Origin: Azolla caroliniana | Taxonomy: Eukaryota; Plantae; Polypodiophyta | Direction: 5' to 3' | Length of the DNA: 64,000 bases | Assembly: GCA_043228905.1 (NCBI GenBank) | Contig: JBHGNT010000007.1 | Location: 17,794,001-17,858,000 of the forward strand | In this document: piece by piece, positions 1 through 11,803 of the stretch | Numbering within the stretch: the stretch's first letter is position 1 | Layout: every line of letters begins with the position of its first letter | Notes under the pieces: generated by a model | What the model saw: the letters and a program-made list of their open reading frames with translations, nothing else | Database searches by the model: none | What the model was told of the DNA's origin: nothing | Made by a program: the position numbers and the translations under genes

Positions 1-235
1 CCATGTATTGCACTTCAACATCTCCAATTTCTTGTCCCCATAGATATTCCCTCGATGAAAGGGAGTTAGGAGAAATGATACAATGGAACCTATGCACGAA
101 ATAATGAGGAGACATGGAGTTAGATTGAGGATTGATCACATGCCATTCAAGAATCCCCTTGGGAAGTTCTATGTTTGAGTTCGAGTTGGAAAGAGAGCCA
201 TGGGTATGGGAGACATCCTCTTGGGGAGCTCAATG

Positions 236-249
236 TTTGTGTTTGTGTT

Positions 250-332
<83 letters not shown>
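236..332. repeat. Compound microsatellite (GT)n(GA)n
   Basis: Directly visible dinucleotide runs; the ORF 175..366 is an artefact of it. Confidence 0.95.
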
Positions 333-333
<1 letters not shown>

Positions 334-2029
334 CATTTTTACAAGTGGCTACTAATCTCTAATTAAGGATTATGGTAGATTTTGATACATAATTGACATT
401 CTAAATTGCCACTTGTAATAAAGGTCTTCAATGGGAAAGCATTGATTGGGGTTTGCCTTAGGGATTAGCTTTAAAATGACAGGGAATAGCAATAGGAAAT
501 TGTTTCATTTGCATTGTTCAAGTGGAAGATATTACTCATCCTTCCATACAATGCTTGATTGCTCGTTAGATCTGGATTGATATTTTTCAAATTTGGCAAG
601 TTTTTCAGGTTGTTATTTGATGCGAAGTCGGTGGGTATTTGCAGAATTCACACAAGTTGACCCAAAATTAGAGATGGTGATTGTTTTCCTATTTTTGAGA
701 TATTGGGGATTGTGTCATATTTGGGATATGTGGAATACTTTTGTATTTGATGGTAGTTATGGATGGAGTCAGAGAATATCTACTAAAGTTAAAGGGAGTA
801 TTGATGTGGCAATTTTCTTTATTAGAGCAAGTAAATTTTATGTTATTACAACATTTAGAAGAGAATTTAGTTCTAAAACACATTCTTTTGGTACTATTCT
901 CGTGAACTTTTTCATCAATCAAAGTTTGTGATGAGATTTTCGTAATCTCTTAAGGTAAGGTATTGAAGTAATAGAAAGTGAAGAAGCACACAAAAGGACA
1001 AAAGGCAAATTGATGATATCATCCAAGAGCCAAATCAATAGGTTTAGGCTCGCCGTTCTCCTGGTAATTACAAACATTTCTTAGTTATTGAATCACGATA
1101 TGATTGGTGACAATTGAGAGTGAAGGATCCCACAATGTGTGTGTGTGTGTGTAACAAACTATACTCATAACCCACGCATGTTCAACCTCAAAACAAGAAT
1201 TTAAACTCATGAGCCAATTTTAAGTATCATGAGTCAAACAAACACATTAGCCACACCTAGACAACGAGAAATGTTAAATGTGAAATCATGTTTGGGTTGA
1301 TGTGCTCAAATTTAAATCTTGGACAAATTAACAAGTTCACAAAAGGACATTTCCTATCATTAAGGTGTTGGCTAGACCATACAAAACACAACGGGTATGG
1401 TTGACATTGGGATGGGAGTTGAACTAGACCTAATCCAAGGCAAAGGCATAAACCAACTTACCTCAACAAGCATCACTATGACCCCTATATACAACACTCA
1501 AAACATAAATGCAAACCTCAGCTTGTTAGGACACAATAGACATGCCATCCCATTAGAGACAAAAACTGTAGAAAAAGGGATAGACCTCTTGTCTATAATG
1601 GGAAGAGTTAGAACTAGAAGCTATACTACTTGAAACAAAACTAAGAACATAACTTTGTAACATACAACGTCCTATGTAAGTTGGAGTCAAGTAAACGTGA
1701 GTTGACCAAAGTAATGGGACACCAAACACCTAGGAGGTTTGTTACTAGCGAAGATTCATAACTAGGTACAAGAACTTTGATACAACATGCTCCATTAAAG
1801 TTTACCCTTCTAGACATTGTCAATCCAATCCACTCCCCCCATACACATTCCTCTCACGTTCATAACATGCACTTCCGATTGCAACATTTGTCAATAAAAT
1901 TCTTGAATGCTAAGAGTCGCTACTCAATTCCACACTTACTATGTAAAAGTTATTCAATGTTAGTAGAGTCCCATATGTTATATTTGATCTATGAGCCTCG
2001 AGGAGTCCAATAATAAAATCGCGTTTCCA

Positions 2030-4870
2030 TACGAGCTTATGGCCAATGCGGCGCTGGTGGCTAGCAATGGGCCAGAGTTCGGTTTCGGTTTCGGTTCGGT
2101 TCAAGCCAGAGTTTAGGAGGCACATCAGCTTTTTGATCACCTTCCATGCCGCACTATTTGTGTCATGGACTGCACTCATAGCTGGGTATGCTTGACAATG
2201 GGTTTCATGCTGAAGCCCTAGAATGCTTCCGACGGATGGAGGAGGATCCGAGATTGATCTCCCCCAGTGCTGGTAACATATGGCTCTGGTTTAAAAGCTT
2301 TGTGCTCACATAGGCTCTCTTGAGGTTGGAGACAAAAATCCATGCCAAGGTAAGAAGAGATCAATGATTATTGAACCCTAATTTGGTGCTTGGCATAGCA
2401 TATAATTTGATATGTAAGCCAAATGTGGTGCTCTTGAAACTGCACATCATGTGTTTAATGAGCTTCCACATAGAAATGTTTTTTGCTGGAGCGCGCTTAT
2501 ATCTGGATATGCCAAGGAAGGGCTTGGTTATGAAGCTCTCGAATGCTTTAGACAGATGGTCGATGAGGGAGTATCTCCTAATTGTTGTTTGTTACATATG
2601 CGTGCATTCTGAAAGCTTGTGCTGCCATAGGGTCTCTTGAGATTGGGGAAGATGTACATGCCAAGGTGAGAGAGCAAGGATTACCAAAGGACAGCATTAT
2701 CCTTGGCACCACATTGATCGATATGTATGCCAAATGTGGTGCACTTCAAAGAGCATGTGAAGTATTCGATGAGCTTCTAAAACAAGATGTTGTGGCATGG
2801 AGCGTTCTTATATCTGGATATGTGGAGTATGGTTTTTGTGATAAAGCCATCAAATGCTTCAGACAGATGGAGGTGGAAGGAGTTCCTCCAGACACGGTGA
2901 CATGTCTGCATTTTAAAAACTTCTGCTGCGATAAGATCTCTTGAGATTGGGGAAGAAATACATGCCAAGATGAGGGAACAAGCATCGTAGTTGGAAATGC
3001 AGTAATTGATATGTATGCCAAATGTGGTGCACTTCAGAGAGCATGTGAAGTATTTGACGAGCTTCCACAGCGGGATGTTGTCTCATGAACTGCCCTTATA
3101 GCCGGATATGCTAACCATGGGCTTGGTTGTCAGGCTGTTAAAATTTTTAAACAGATGGAGGATGAGAGAATCTCACCAAATGCATGGACATATGTTTGCA
3201 TTTTAAATGCATGTGCGGCTATAGGTTCCCTTGATATTGGGGAAACAATCCATGACAAATTGAGACAGCAATGGTGATTGAAAGACAACATTGTTCTTGG
3301 AAATGCATTGATTGACATGTATACCAAATGTGGCGTGCTTCAAAAGGCACAAAAAGTATTTGATGAGCTTCCACAACGAGATATTGTGTCATGGAATGTG
3401 CTTATAGCTGGTTATGTTGAGCACGGGCTTGGTGACCAAGCTATTAAATGCTTCAGGCTGATGGATGATGAGGGAATCATCTCAGATGACATCACATATA
3501 CTTGCATTCTAGATGCTTGTGCTGCAATAATGTCTCTTGAGATAGGGGAAGAAATGTATGCCAAGGTGAGCAAGCAAGGATTATTAAAGGAAAATGTCGT
3601 GCTTGGAACGGCATTTATCAATATGTACGCAAAATGTTTGGCCCTTGAAAGAGCGTGCAAAGTGTTTGATGAGCTTCCAGAACGAGATACTGTAACATGG
3701 AGTGCACTTAATAGCTGGATATGTTGAGAATGGGCTTAGTGATCAAGCTATTGAATGCTTCAAAAGGATGGAGGATGAAGGGGTCTCCCCTGATGTGCTG
3801 GCATATGTTTCCACTTTAAAGGCTTGTGCTAGCATAGGATCTCTTGAGGTTGGGGAAGAACTTCACGCTAAGGTTAGTGAGCAAGGAATATTAAAGAAGA
3901 ATATTGTTGTTGCCACTGCATTAATTGATATGTATGCCAAATGTGGTGCACTGCAAAGAGCATGGAAAGTGTTTGATGGGCTTCCACAGAGAGATATTGT
4001 TTCATGGAATGTGCTTATAGCTGGATATGTGCAAGCAGGTCAAGTGGATATGGCTTTCAGTACATTCAGAAGAATGAGGATAGAGTGTATCCAACCAAAC
4101 CTTGTTACATTTCTCGCATTGCTGAATGCATGCTGTCATTCTGCTCTATTGAATCAAGGAGAACAGTTATTTCATGAAATGATTGTATTGTATAACCTCA
4201 AACCTATAATAGAACACTATACCTGCATGGTTGATCTATTTAGCCGTGCAGGAGAATTTGAAAAGGCAAAACATTATTTGGTTGATGATGTGTCAACGTC
4301 ATTGGCTTTTCTAGGTGCTTGTCACAAATTGGAAAATTTTGATCTTGGGAGATTAGCATTCAAGAAAATTGTGCAATTAGATGAGAAGTGTGCCGCCGCA
4401 TATGTCTGTATGGCAAATATATATGCTTCAGCTTCCATGCATATGGAGGCACACAATTATTCAAGCTTTGATAGTGAAAAATAGAAGCATGGAATGTACC
4501 AGCAAATGCGAGTGGGAGCATGCATTCATCTGTAGTAGTTAACGAAACCCATTCTCAAAGTATGATACCATTCAAAGCTCAAGGGACTTGGCAAATATGT
4601 TGGCGCTGGAAGGTTATTCCCCAACCTTTCTTTGATTTTAGAAGTGATTCCAGAGAATGGGAATGCAAAGATTTTGTGCGGGCATAGTCAAAAGCTGGCT
4701 GTCATATCTGGGCTGATCAACAAACCTAAAGGTGAGGCTTTGTGTGTTACCAAAACGAGTATATTTTTGAACACTACCATTTTTCCATATCAATAATGAC
4801 AAGATTCAAGTAGTGGATGCAAACAATGTTCATACTTTTAGGATGGAGGATGGAAGATGTGCAAGTAAGT
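2030..4870 (+). pseudogene. PLS-class PPR gene with E and degenerate DYW domains (organellar RNA-editing factor family), disrupted
   Basis: About 300-nt P-L-S triplets ([23 protein letters not shown]) recur near 2720, 3010, 3320, 3620 and 3930. E-motifs follow (IEHYTCMVDLFSRAG, FLGACHK, AAYVCMANIY), then a DYW-like ILCGHSQKLAVISGLINKPKGEALCVTK at 4671-4765 and KIQVVDANNVH near 4801. Multiple frameshifts and in-frame stops (e.g. TGA near 3086 and 3275). Confidence 0.9.
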
Positions 4871-6487
4871 AGTTTTGAAGCTGAACATACCAAAAAATTG
4901 TTATCGCCTGACAAACTAACAGGCAGCATCATCATTTCCTGATATCTGCAGCAACAAATGGAATGTACAAGCCTTGCTGAAGTTCTCTCACAAATGATGA
5001 ATATTGGTGTATATGTTTCCTATGAAGCTGATAGACGAGGTCCTATGGATGTATATGTGCATATATCATGTTATTTGCCCCTTGACTGCAGATGCAATTG
5101 TGTATGATGCTCATCAGGTAATGGTAGGGATCATTATTGAGGTGGTGGACCTGTAGAAAAGTTGATCTGCCTGAGGAAAGAAGAAAGTAGGGTGAGGGAA
5201 GTGATAAGATATCAGTAATAGGTGGATGGGAGAGATATATATTCCCCTCACTGGAAAGTTTGCATCAAGGAGGAGCAGAAAAGTTATCAGAAATTGAGTT
5301 GGTGAAGATGGCTGAATTGTTCTTCATTGAATATGCTTGCATCTTTGACAGAAGCTCTCTACTCAGTTTTTTTTAAAGGAAACATAACATCACATTGGTA
5401 GAAGCATCCTACTCTTCTTCGGATTATGTGTTTGAATAATGTTTTTGGTGGTATATACTCGTAAAATATATCGAGATTATGTATGCTTAGAATTGCCATT
5501 GTCCACATTATCTTTTTCTAAAATATAAGACTTTCAGTCTTTATTATAGCATTCAGAGGCAATTATTTTGAGGAGTTTTGAGACATGCCTTGATGATGTC
5601 AAGTTTTATGCTTGGGGTTTAGTGCTTTATTGAGTGATAATGTTTAGTGTTTTAGTGCCTCGAGTGCATTACTAATCTGCCACGACAAAAGATTGTATAT
5701 TTCCACTCACTTTTGCCAACCAGTCAAAAAACATCATCATATTTTCTATGATGTACTGAAAAATCTTCAAACTATTCTGCCTTTGTATGGCACCGAATGT
5801 ATTACTCAGAAATAAATAACACATGGAAAGTTCCAATAATTGATTTGAGATGCTCTCCAAATCTAGTACTATTTTGATGTATACTGAAAGTTACTACTCA
5901 ACATGTCAAACTCTCCAAGCACATCCAACAACAAAACAAACCAACATTGCATCTTCTAATCCGTGGGTATTAGTTTAAGCTATTTAATTACTTATCGATA
6001 ATGAACAATTAATTTAAAAAAACTTAGTAAACACTTAATTTAGCTATGTACCAAATCACTAATAAAAGAATCGTAATACCGTCACAAATAGAAAAAGAAT
6101 GGGAGTAGTCATAATTCAAAGGTGCAAATCAAGTAACCTGTTTGCTTTTGATACCAACTATTTGAGCACTTTTAGCCAATTTACTCAAAAGTTACTGACA
6201 TATATATATATATATATATATATAAATTTTCCATAACTAGCTAGATAAGGCAGATTTCCATATTGGGCTCAAACGAACATCACTTTTCATTAGATTTGGA
6301 TTACATGAAAATGGCGATCCATCACCATTCTCTTTATGTCCACTTTGCTTATTAATGAATGAATGTTGTGCTTTTATGTACAACTAGGTAGATGTTCGTA
6401 TAGAATGTATGTAAATGGTCATTACATTCCCGCACAATAAGTGAGCCCTGTTACTATCCTGCACCAAGAAGACTTGATCCTCAAATC

Positions 6488-9448
6488 CTAATGCTTTCTT
6501 TTAGCCCAAGGAGTGATGACTGTCTTCTGATCTTGATGTTGATGCCTCCACCATCGGAACCTAAATCTCGATGCATAGATATTTGTTTTCATCAAATCCA
6601 CAGACACATGTGTCTCAACCTTAGTTGATATGGAATCTGGAGAATTTGACGAGGACAACTGAACATCAGAAGAATCAAGTATCTGGAAATCAGCTTCGTG
6701 CGTATCATCATCACCAATAATATTTTTTGGTGTCACTGCTGGACATGGCTGTTCACCCTTCGGAATCACCATTGTTGATCCTAAGCATTGATCTTGTGTT
6801 GGTTGATGAATTAAAATATTCCCTGCATGCACTTCTGCACAGCACGAGATGTAAACCAAGAATTGGACCTGAAATAAATAAAAAGAGATTCTTCATAAAT
6901 ACACTTGATTAAAAATAAATCCAACAAAAATACAAGCTTTGCACAACTTACACTCTTCAAAGAATGAATTGTAAATTCCTACCACAATTTAAACATTTTA
7001 AAGTTGAAATTATGCTTACCACAGGATGAAATGTCACGGCATTTTCACGAATTACTTCAGTAAGCTTCAGCTGCATGGCACACAATGCTTTGTTGCATAG
7101 AGATTTTGATATCGCCACCAGTTTATTCCTCAAATGAACCTTCTTCTGGTCCAAAGATTTTGAATGCTTACAGAAGAAGGGCTCTATGTACGTTTCATAG
7201 ATATAGTCTGTACCCTGAGAACAATGATATTGTAACAGTTAATACTATGAAACATCTAACACTTTTTGTGCCCACAGTGACCAAATTTGAGATTATGCTT
7301 GCCTAAAAAACATCCCAACATAATCTGAAGTTGAAACCCAGGAAAACACCATCATATACCATAGCGTTATATATATTTGTATGCCTAAACATGTGACTTC
7401 CAACAACTATGACTAACAGAAACATGTATTACAGAACTGGCTTGGATCAGTTTGCTGTTTTTTTACTAGCATATAAAATCACTCGAACTCATCTATACAT
7501 CTCAGAGGGAAAAAATGATTTATTCCGACGCACCCTTGGAAAGCATTACAGTCTGACAAAATTTGTCAACATTTTCTTAAAGGGAAGAGAAGACTCAGAA
7601 ACAAGCAACGTTGAAATTTAAGGCACAAAACGGAATCTCTATCCTTGTGAGAAATATGATAATCGATTCTAAATTATATTCCTTGCTTCCAAAAGTAGTG
7701 AAGAATCCATTACGAGATATAAACTCTTTGATCATGGCAAAACATTTGTCTCATCCACAGTTTAGTGTAATGACTATATACATACTATGTTTGTGACTGA
7801 TCATACCTTTGTATTTGGGAGCCATAGATAAACTATCAGAGCTAGTTTAGTTCCACTATAGAATGGTACCCTGCAAAGGCAATATACAGAGATTAATGGA
7901 TGTCCATAACCACCTTGCTCCTATAGAATTCTGAAGAATAAATACCATGATATAAACGTGTCTGCTACTCTCTCGACTCCAGTGAAAATGGCCATGATCA
8001 TCCTACAAGTAAAAAACGACCATCATCATATATTTAGAGAGAGCAAGAGGGAAAGACTTGAAAACAGAATCAAATACGAAAAACAAATCAAAATAGCAGG
8101 CTTCCTGGAGATATACCACAAAAGCTACACACATAAAACATAGTCACACCTAATCATCAAAACTTAGGTCTCACCTAACATGCCTAGATGATCTAAGAAA
8201 ACAGAGATGCAATGAAACAAAGTAGGTGCTTAATACTCCATGAATTTTGAGATTCGAGGATAAATGATAGATCAAGAAGAAACAAATATTCCGTAATATA
8301 GACAGGACAACTCTTCTCCTTTACATGATACGAATCAAGAGATTTATTTCATACCAATATCGACACCATGTCCGCAGCTGCTCGAATTTTGGCTTGCTAG
8401 AGTTAAGCACCGAGAAGCACATGTAAGCTGGATACAGGTATCCAAAATATATACTGAGAAAAAACACAAATAATCAACATACGAAATAGTTTCTGAAGGC
8501 GCGCAAATTCTAGTCGAAGAACAAAGATCTAAATTCATAGTTCCCTAATGTTTGTTCATAACAACAATAAATTATATAATAAGAGGAAATGTAACTTGTA
8601 CATAGAATTCTCAATAACAAGAAAATTAGAGTAAAGTGGAGGGAACGTTAGAACAACTCATACAAAATCATGAGAACATGACTTCCATCACCTTAAAAAT
8701 CAGAATTCCTATTCATTCTTCATAAATTGGGAAATTTCTGCTCATTGTCTCACAGATTCATACGAAGAAGAAATGTTGGAGTGAGAACGGCTTGCACCAA
8801 ATGGAAAAACACATTTCCATATCGTTTCTTGAGTAGATTTAACTAAGGGAAGTTACTGTGTTCTGAAAGGGAATTCTAAGAAAAAAGTCCATTAGATTCA
8901 CTAAAGCTTATGAGTAAGAATGAGAGAGGGATTTTTATGGTTTGAAGATGAACGATTTGTTATCATTTCTTCATTGAACGAACGAAAATTGTGACAGATG
9001 AAAAGGAGATGAGTAAAAGGGGGGAAGAGAGAAAGAGAGAATTATATCAGTTCCAATTCACATTTCATGAAAAAACGGATTGATTTAAATGAAGCTGTGA
9101 TCAACATAGAATTATGATAAAGAAGTTCATCAGATTGGCTGAAACGAAGGAGAAGCGGATCAATTGAAACGAATCCCATCAGGTGAATAAGATGGACATA
9201 GAATTCTGAAGGAGAAGCCCCTCAGTTGAAACTCGAGTGATGTCAAATTATAACACAAAAGACTGTGAACAAGAAGTCCATCAGATTGGCTAAAACGAAG
9301 GAGAAGCGGATCAATTGAAACGAATCCCATCAGGTGAATAAGATGGACATAGAAATTCTGAACAAGAAGTCCATCAGGTGAAACTCATGTGATGTCAATG
9401 ACATAAAAGGCTCTGAACTTACATGAAAATTCTGAACAAGAAGTCCAT
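6488..9448 (-). CDS. HVA22: HVA22-like / REEP (TB2/DP1) family protein, ~273 aa, six coding exons: 9448-9423, 8453-8355, 8002-7946, 7870-7807, 7214-7020, 6868-6488
   Basis: All introns are GT..AG with consistent phases. The spliced translation MDFLFRIFIIYFGYLYPAYMCFSVLNSSKPKFEQLRTWCRYWMIMAIFTGVERVADTFISWVPFYSGTKLALIVYLWLPNTKGTDYIYETYIEPFFCKH matches the HVA22g/h/i/j-type TB2/DP1 domain. The acceptor of the last exon is less certain. Confidence 0.88.
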
Positions 9449-9450
9449 CA
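9118..9450. repeat. Imperfect ~90-150 bp tandem duplications spanning HVA22 exon 1 / intron 1
   Basis: The unit aagaagt(t/c)catcagattggct..gaatcccatcaggtgaataagatggacatagaa occurs at ~9119 and ~9271, with partial copies at ~9360 and ~9432. Confidence 0.85.
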
Positions 9451-9555
9451 GCTGAAACCGCAGGCAATATCTTTGCAGGAAAGAAACGGATGAAAGGAGA
9501 GACAATTGAATGAAGCACTAGAGAAATCCTGCAGAGAGAAACTGTAGACATATCA

Positions 9556-9972
9556 TTCATGATGATGATGATGATGATGATGATGAAGGCGACGATGATG
9601 ATGATTGAGCGTCGATGATGATGATGATGATGATGAAGGCGATGATGATATGATTTAAATGTCGATGATGATGATGATGATGAGAGAGATGATGAAGAAG
9701 TGGAAGAAGAAGGCGTATGATAATGGCGATGGCGATGGCGATGGCGATGGGGATGGTGATAAAGAAGGAAAAGAAGAGAAGAAGGCAGGCAGGCGCACAA
9801 ACCCTAATTTCCCCTAGTGCTTTTGGTCGCTGTTCAGAAACAAGAAGGCAGGCAGGCAGGCGCACAAACCCTAATTTCCTTGTGTGCTTTGCGTTGCGTT
9901 GGGGCGTTCAGCTCTTTGGAATACAAGAAGGAAGAAGAAGAAGATGAAGAAGAAGAAGAAGAAGAAGAAGAA
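9556..9972. repeat. (GAT)n, (ATGGCG)n and (GAA)n simple repeats in the presumed HVA22 5' leader
   Basis: Directly visible; these repeats generate the spurious poly-H/S/I/E ORFs here. Confidence 0.85.
9799..9874. promoter_or_regulatory. Two telo-boxes (AAACCCTAA) within a duplicated gaaggcaggcaggcgcacaaaccctaatttcc unit upstream of HVA22
   Basis: AAACCCTAA at 9799-9807 and 9866-9874; telo-boxes are established plant 5'-proximal elements. Confidence 0.55.
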
Positions 9973-11803
9973 ATGGAAGGAAATGAACAGGAATTTCCCT
10001 CTCTTTCTCTTACATATTGATATAATATGTATACGTAAGTTATTTTGAAAATACGAAGCTAATTAATTAAGGCTTAATCAATCGTCTCTTCCAAAAACGC
10101 AATTATGTATGTATGCATGCATACATGTATGTTTATGTACATATGTATGTGTGTGTGTGTGTGTGTGTGTATGTATATGTTTATGTACATATGTGTGTGT
10201 GTGTGTATGTCAAAAAAACAAACAATGGGGTCACCTTTGAATTTGTGGCCTTCTTAGAGAGAGAGAGAGAGAGAGAGAGTATGTACGTAATGTCTGTCTG
10301 TCTGTCTAAATCGTGGAGAGGGACGGTGTAGGTCGCACCGCTAATGGCGCATTCGATCTCAACGGTCCAAGATGAATAAAAAGCTGACAGCGTTTGTCAC
10401 CAGGAGCCCGACTTTGTGAAAAGGAGCTCGACTCTCTGACATCCTCTATGAAAAGGAGCCCGACTCTGTCAAAAGGAGCCCCGTTGTTAGACAACCTCTC
10501 TACGCAGGAGCCCCACTGTCTGACAACATCAGTAAGAAGGAGCCCGACTCTGTCAAAAGGAGCCCCGTTGTTTGACAACCGCTGTCATCAGGAGCCTGAT
10601 CGACTCAGGGAAGGAGCCTGACTTAAAAACAAACATCAAAAACTCCAAAAAATGGTAAGTGTACAACAAATATTTGCCATGAAAATGATCATAAAATTTC
10701 TCAAAAAATCAAATAACAAGTCTTACATAAAATATTAAAACGTCAAATGTTGACAACCCTAAAATGAAATATGAATATACACGTTACATATTAAGATTAT
10801 GGCTCATGTCGGGATGATTGCAAGATGCAACCACAATTTTTACATGTAACATTCGAGTCCCTTGAAGTCAAGGTCAAGTCATCACAACGCAAACACCAAA
10901 CCTTCTCATGGTCACCTATTGGCAATCGCCTCCTAGCCCGACTTGCACCTCTTTGTAGTTTTCCGGAGTGGGATTTGGAAGTGTTTGGGGAACTGCCAAT
11001 AAGTTCTTGCAAGATGTCTATTGTTGCACTTCTTTTGGCACCGATTTGTTGGTTGCGACTTGTTGATCTGCCATCTTCTTCATTGGTTGATTTTGGTGCA
11101 CCAATGCGATACACCTTCTCAGCCACATCTTCCAATGTTTGTATACCTTCGACAATAGTTGCACGGTCGAAGGTTCCTAACCCTTGCTCGAGACATTGAA
11201 GTGCTTTCACGACCGTTTGTATTTTGGACTTGAATGATTCAAGCTCGGATGTTGTGGGGTTTGTCTCCTCGACTCGTTCTACCTCTGCCTCCACTTCTAT
11301 TTATGTATTATGGTCCATTCGCATTTGGGTCGCGTGATCTATAAAAGGCAACGAGCCACTATGCCTCTCAATAATCATTCGGATACTGAGTAAATGCTTA
11401 CATTTACTCACAATGTCCTGGCAATCACAATATGAACATTGGAGTGAGACATTATACCATAGAGCGGGAGTCGTCATGCTCATGATTCTAAACCAATATC
11501 GAGCCTCGTCGACAATTTCCATTGTGGAAGTATCGTCGACATACCTTTCCAATATTCTCTCCGCTTCTTTAAGTCGAGACCTTTGATCCCTACAATTTGC
11601 ACGGGGTGCAAACCGACCACTCTCACATATTTCTTGTCATTGCTTGTACCAATCTATTACCGTTCCTCCTATGCAAGTGCCAGTTTCATTGTCCCCGATT
11701 AAGACATGCAGAAGGTCGGTAATTGATCGGTTTATTCTTCCTTTCAAGGCAGTATACTTGATAAACGGCCAATGTCTTTCCACAATATTGGTAGTGTCAA
11801 CGT

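Noticed and set aside
1-2010. Possible decayed retroelement coding sequence and short ORFs
   Set aside because: No diagnostic motif recognised in any frame; cannot be assigned without a search.
10400-10622. CRISPR-like repeat array
   Set aside because: Eukaryotic context, irregular spacing and repeated spacers, mirrored at the other MULE end; these are subterminal repeats.
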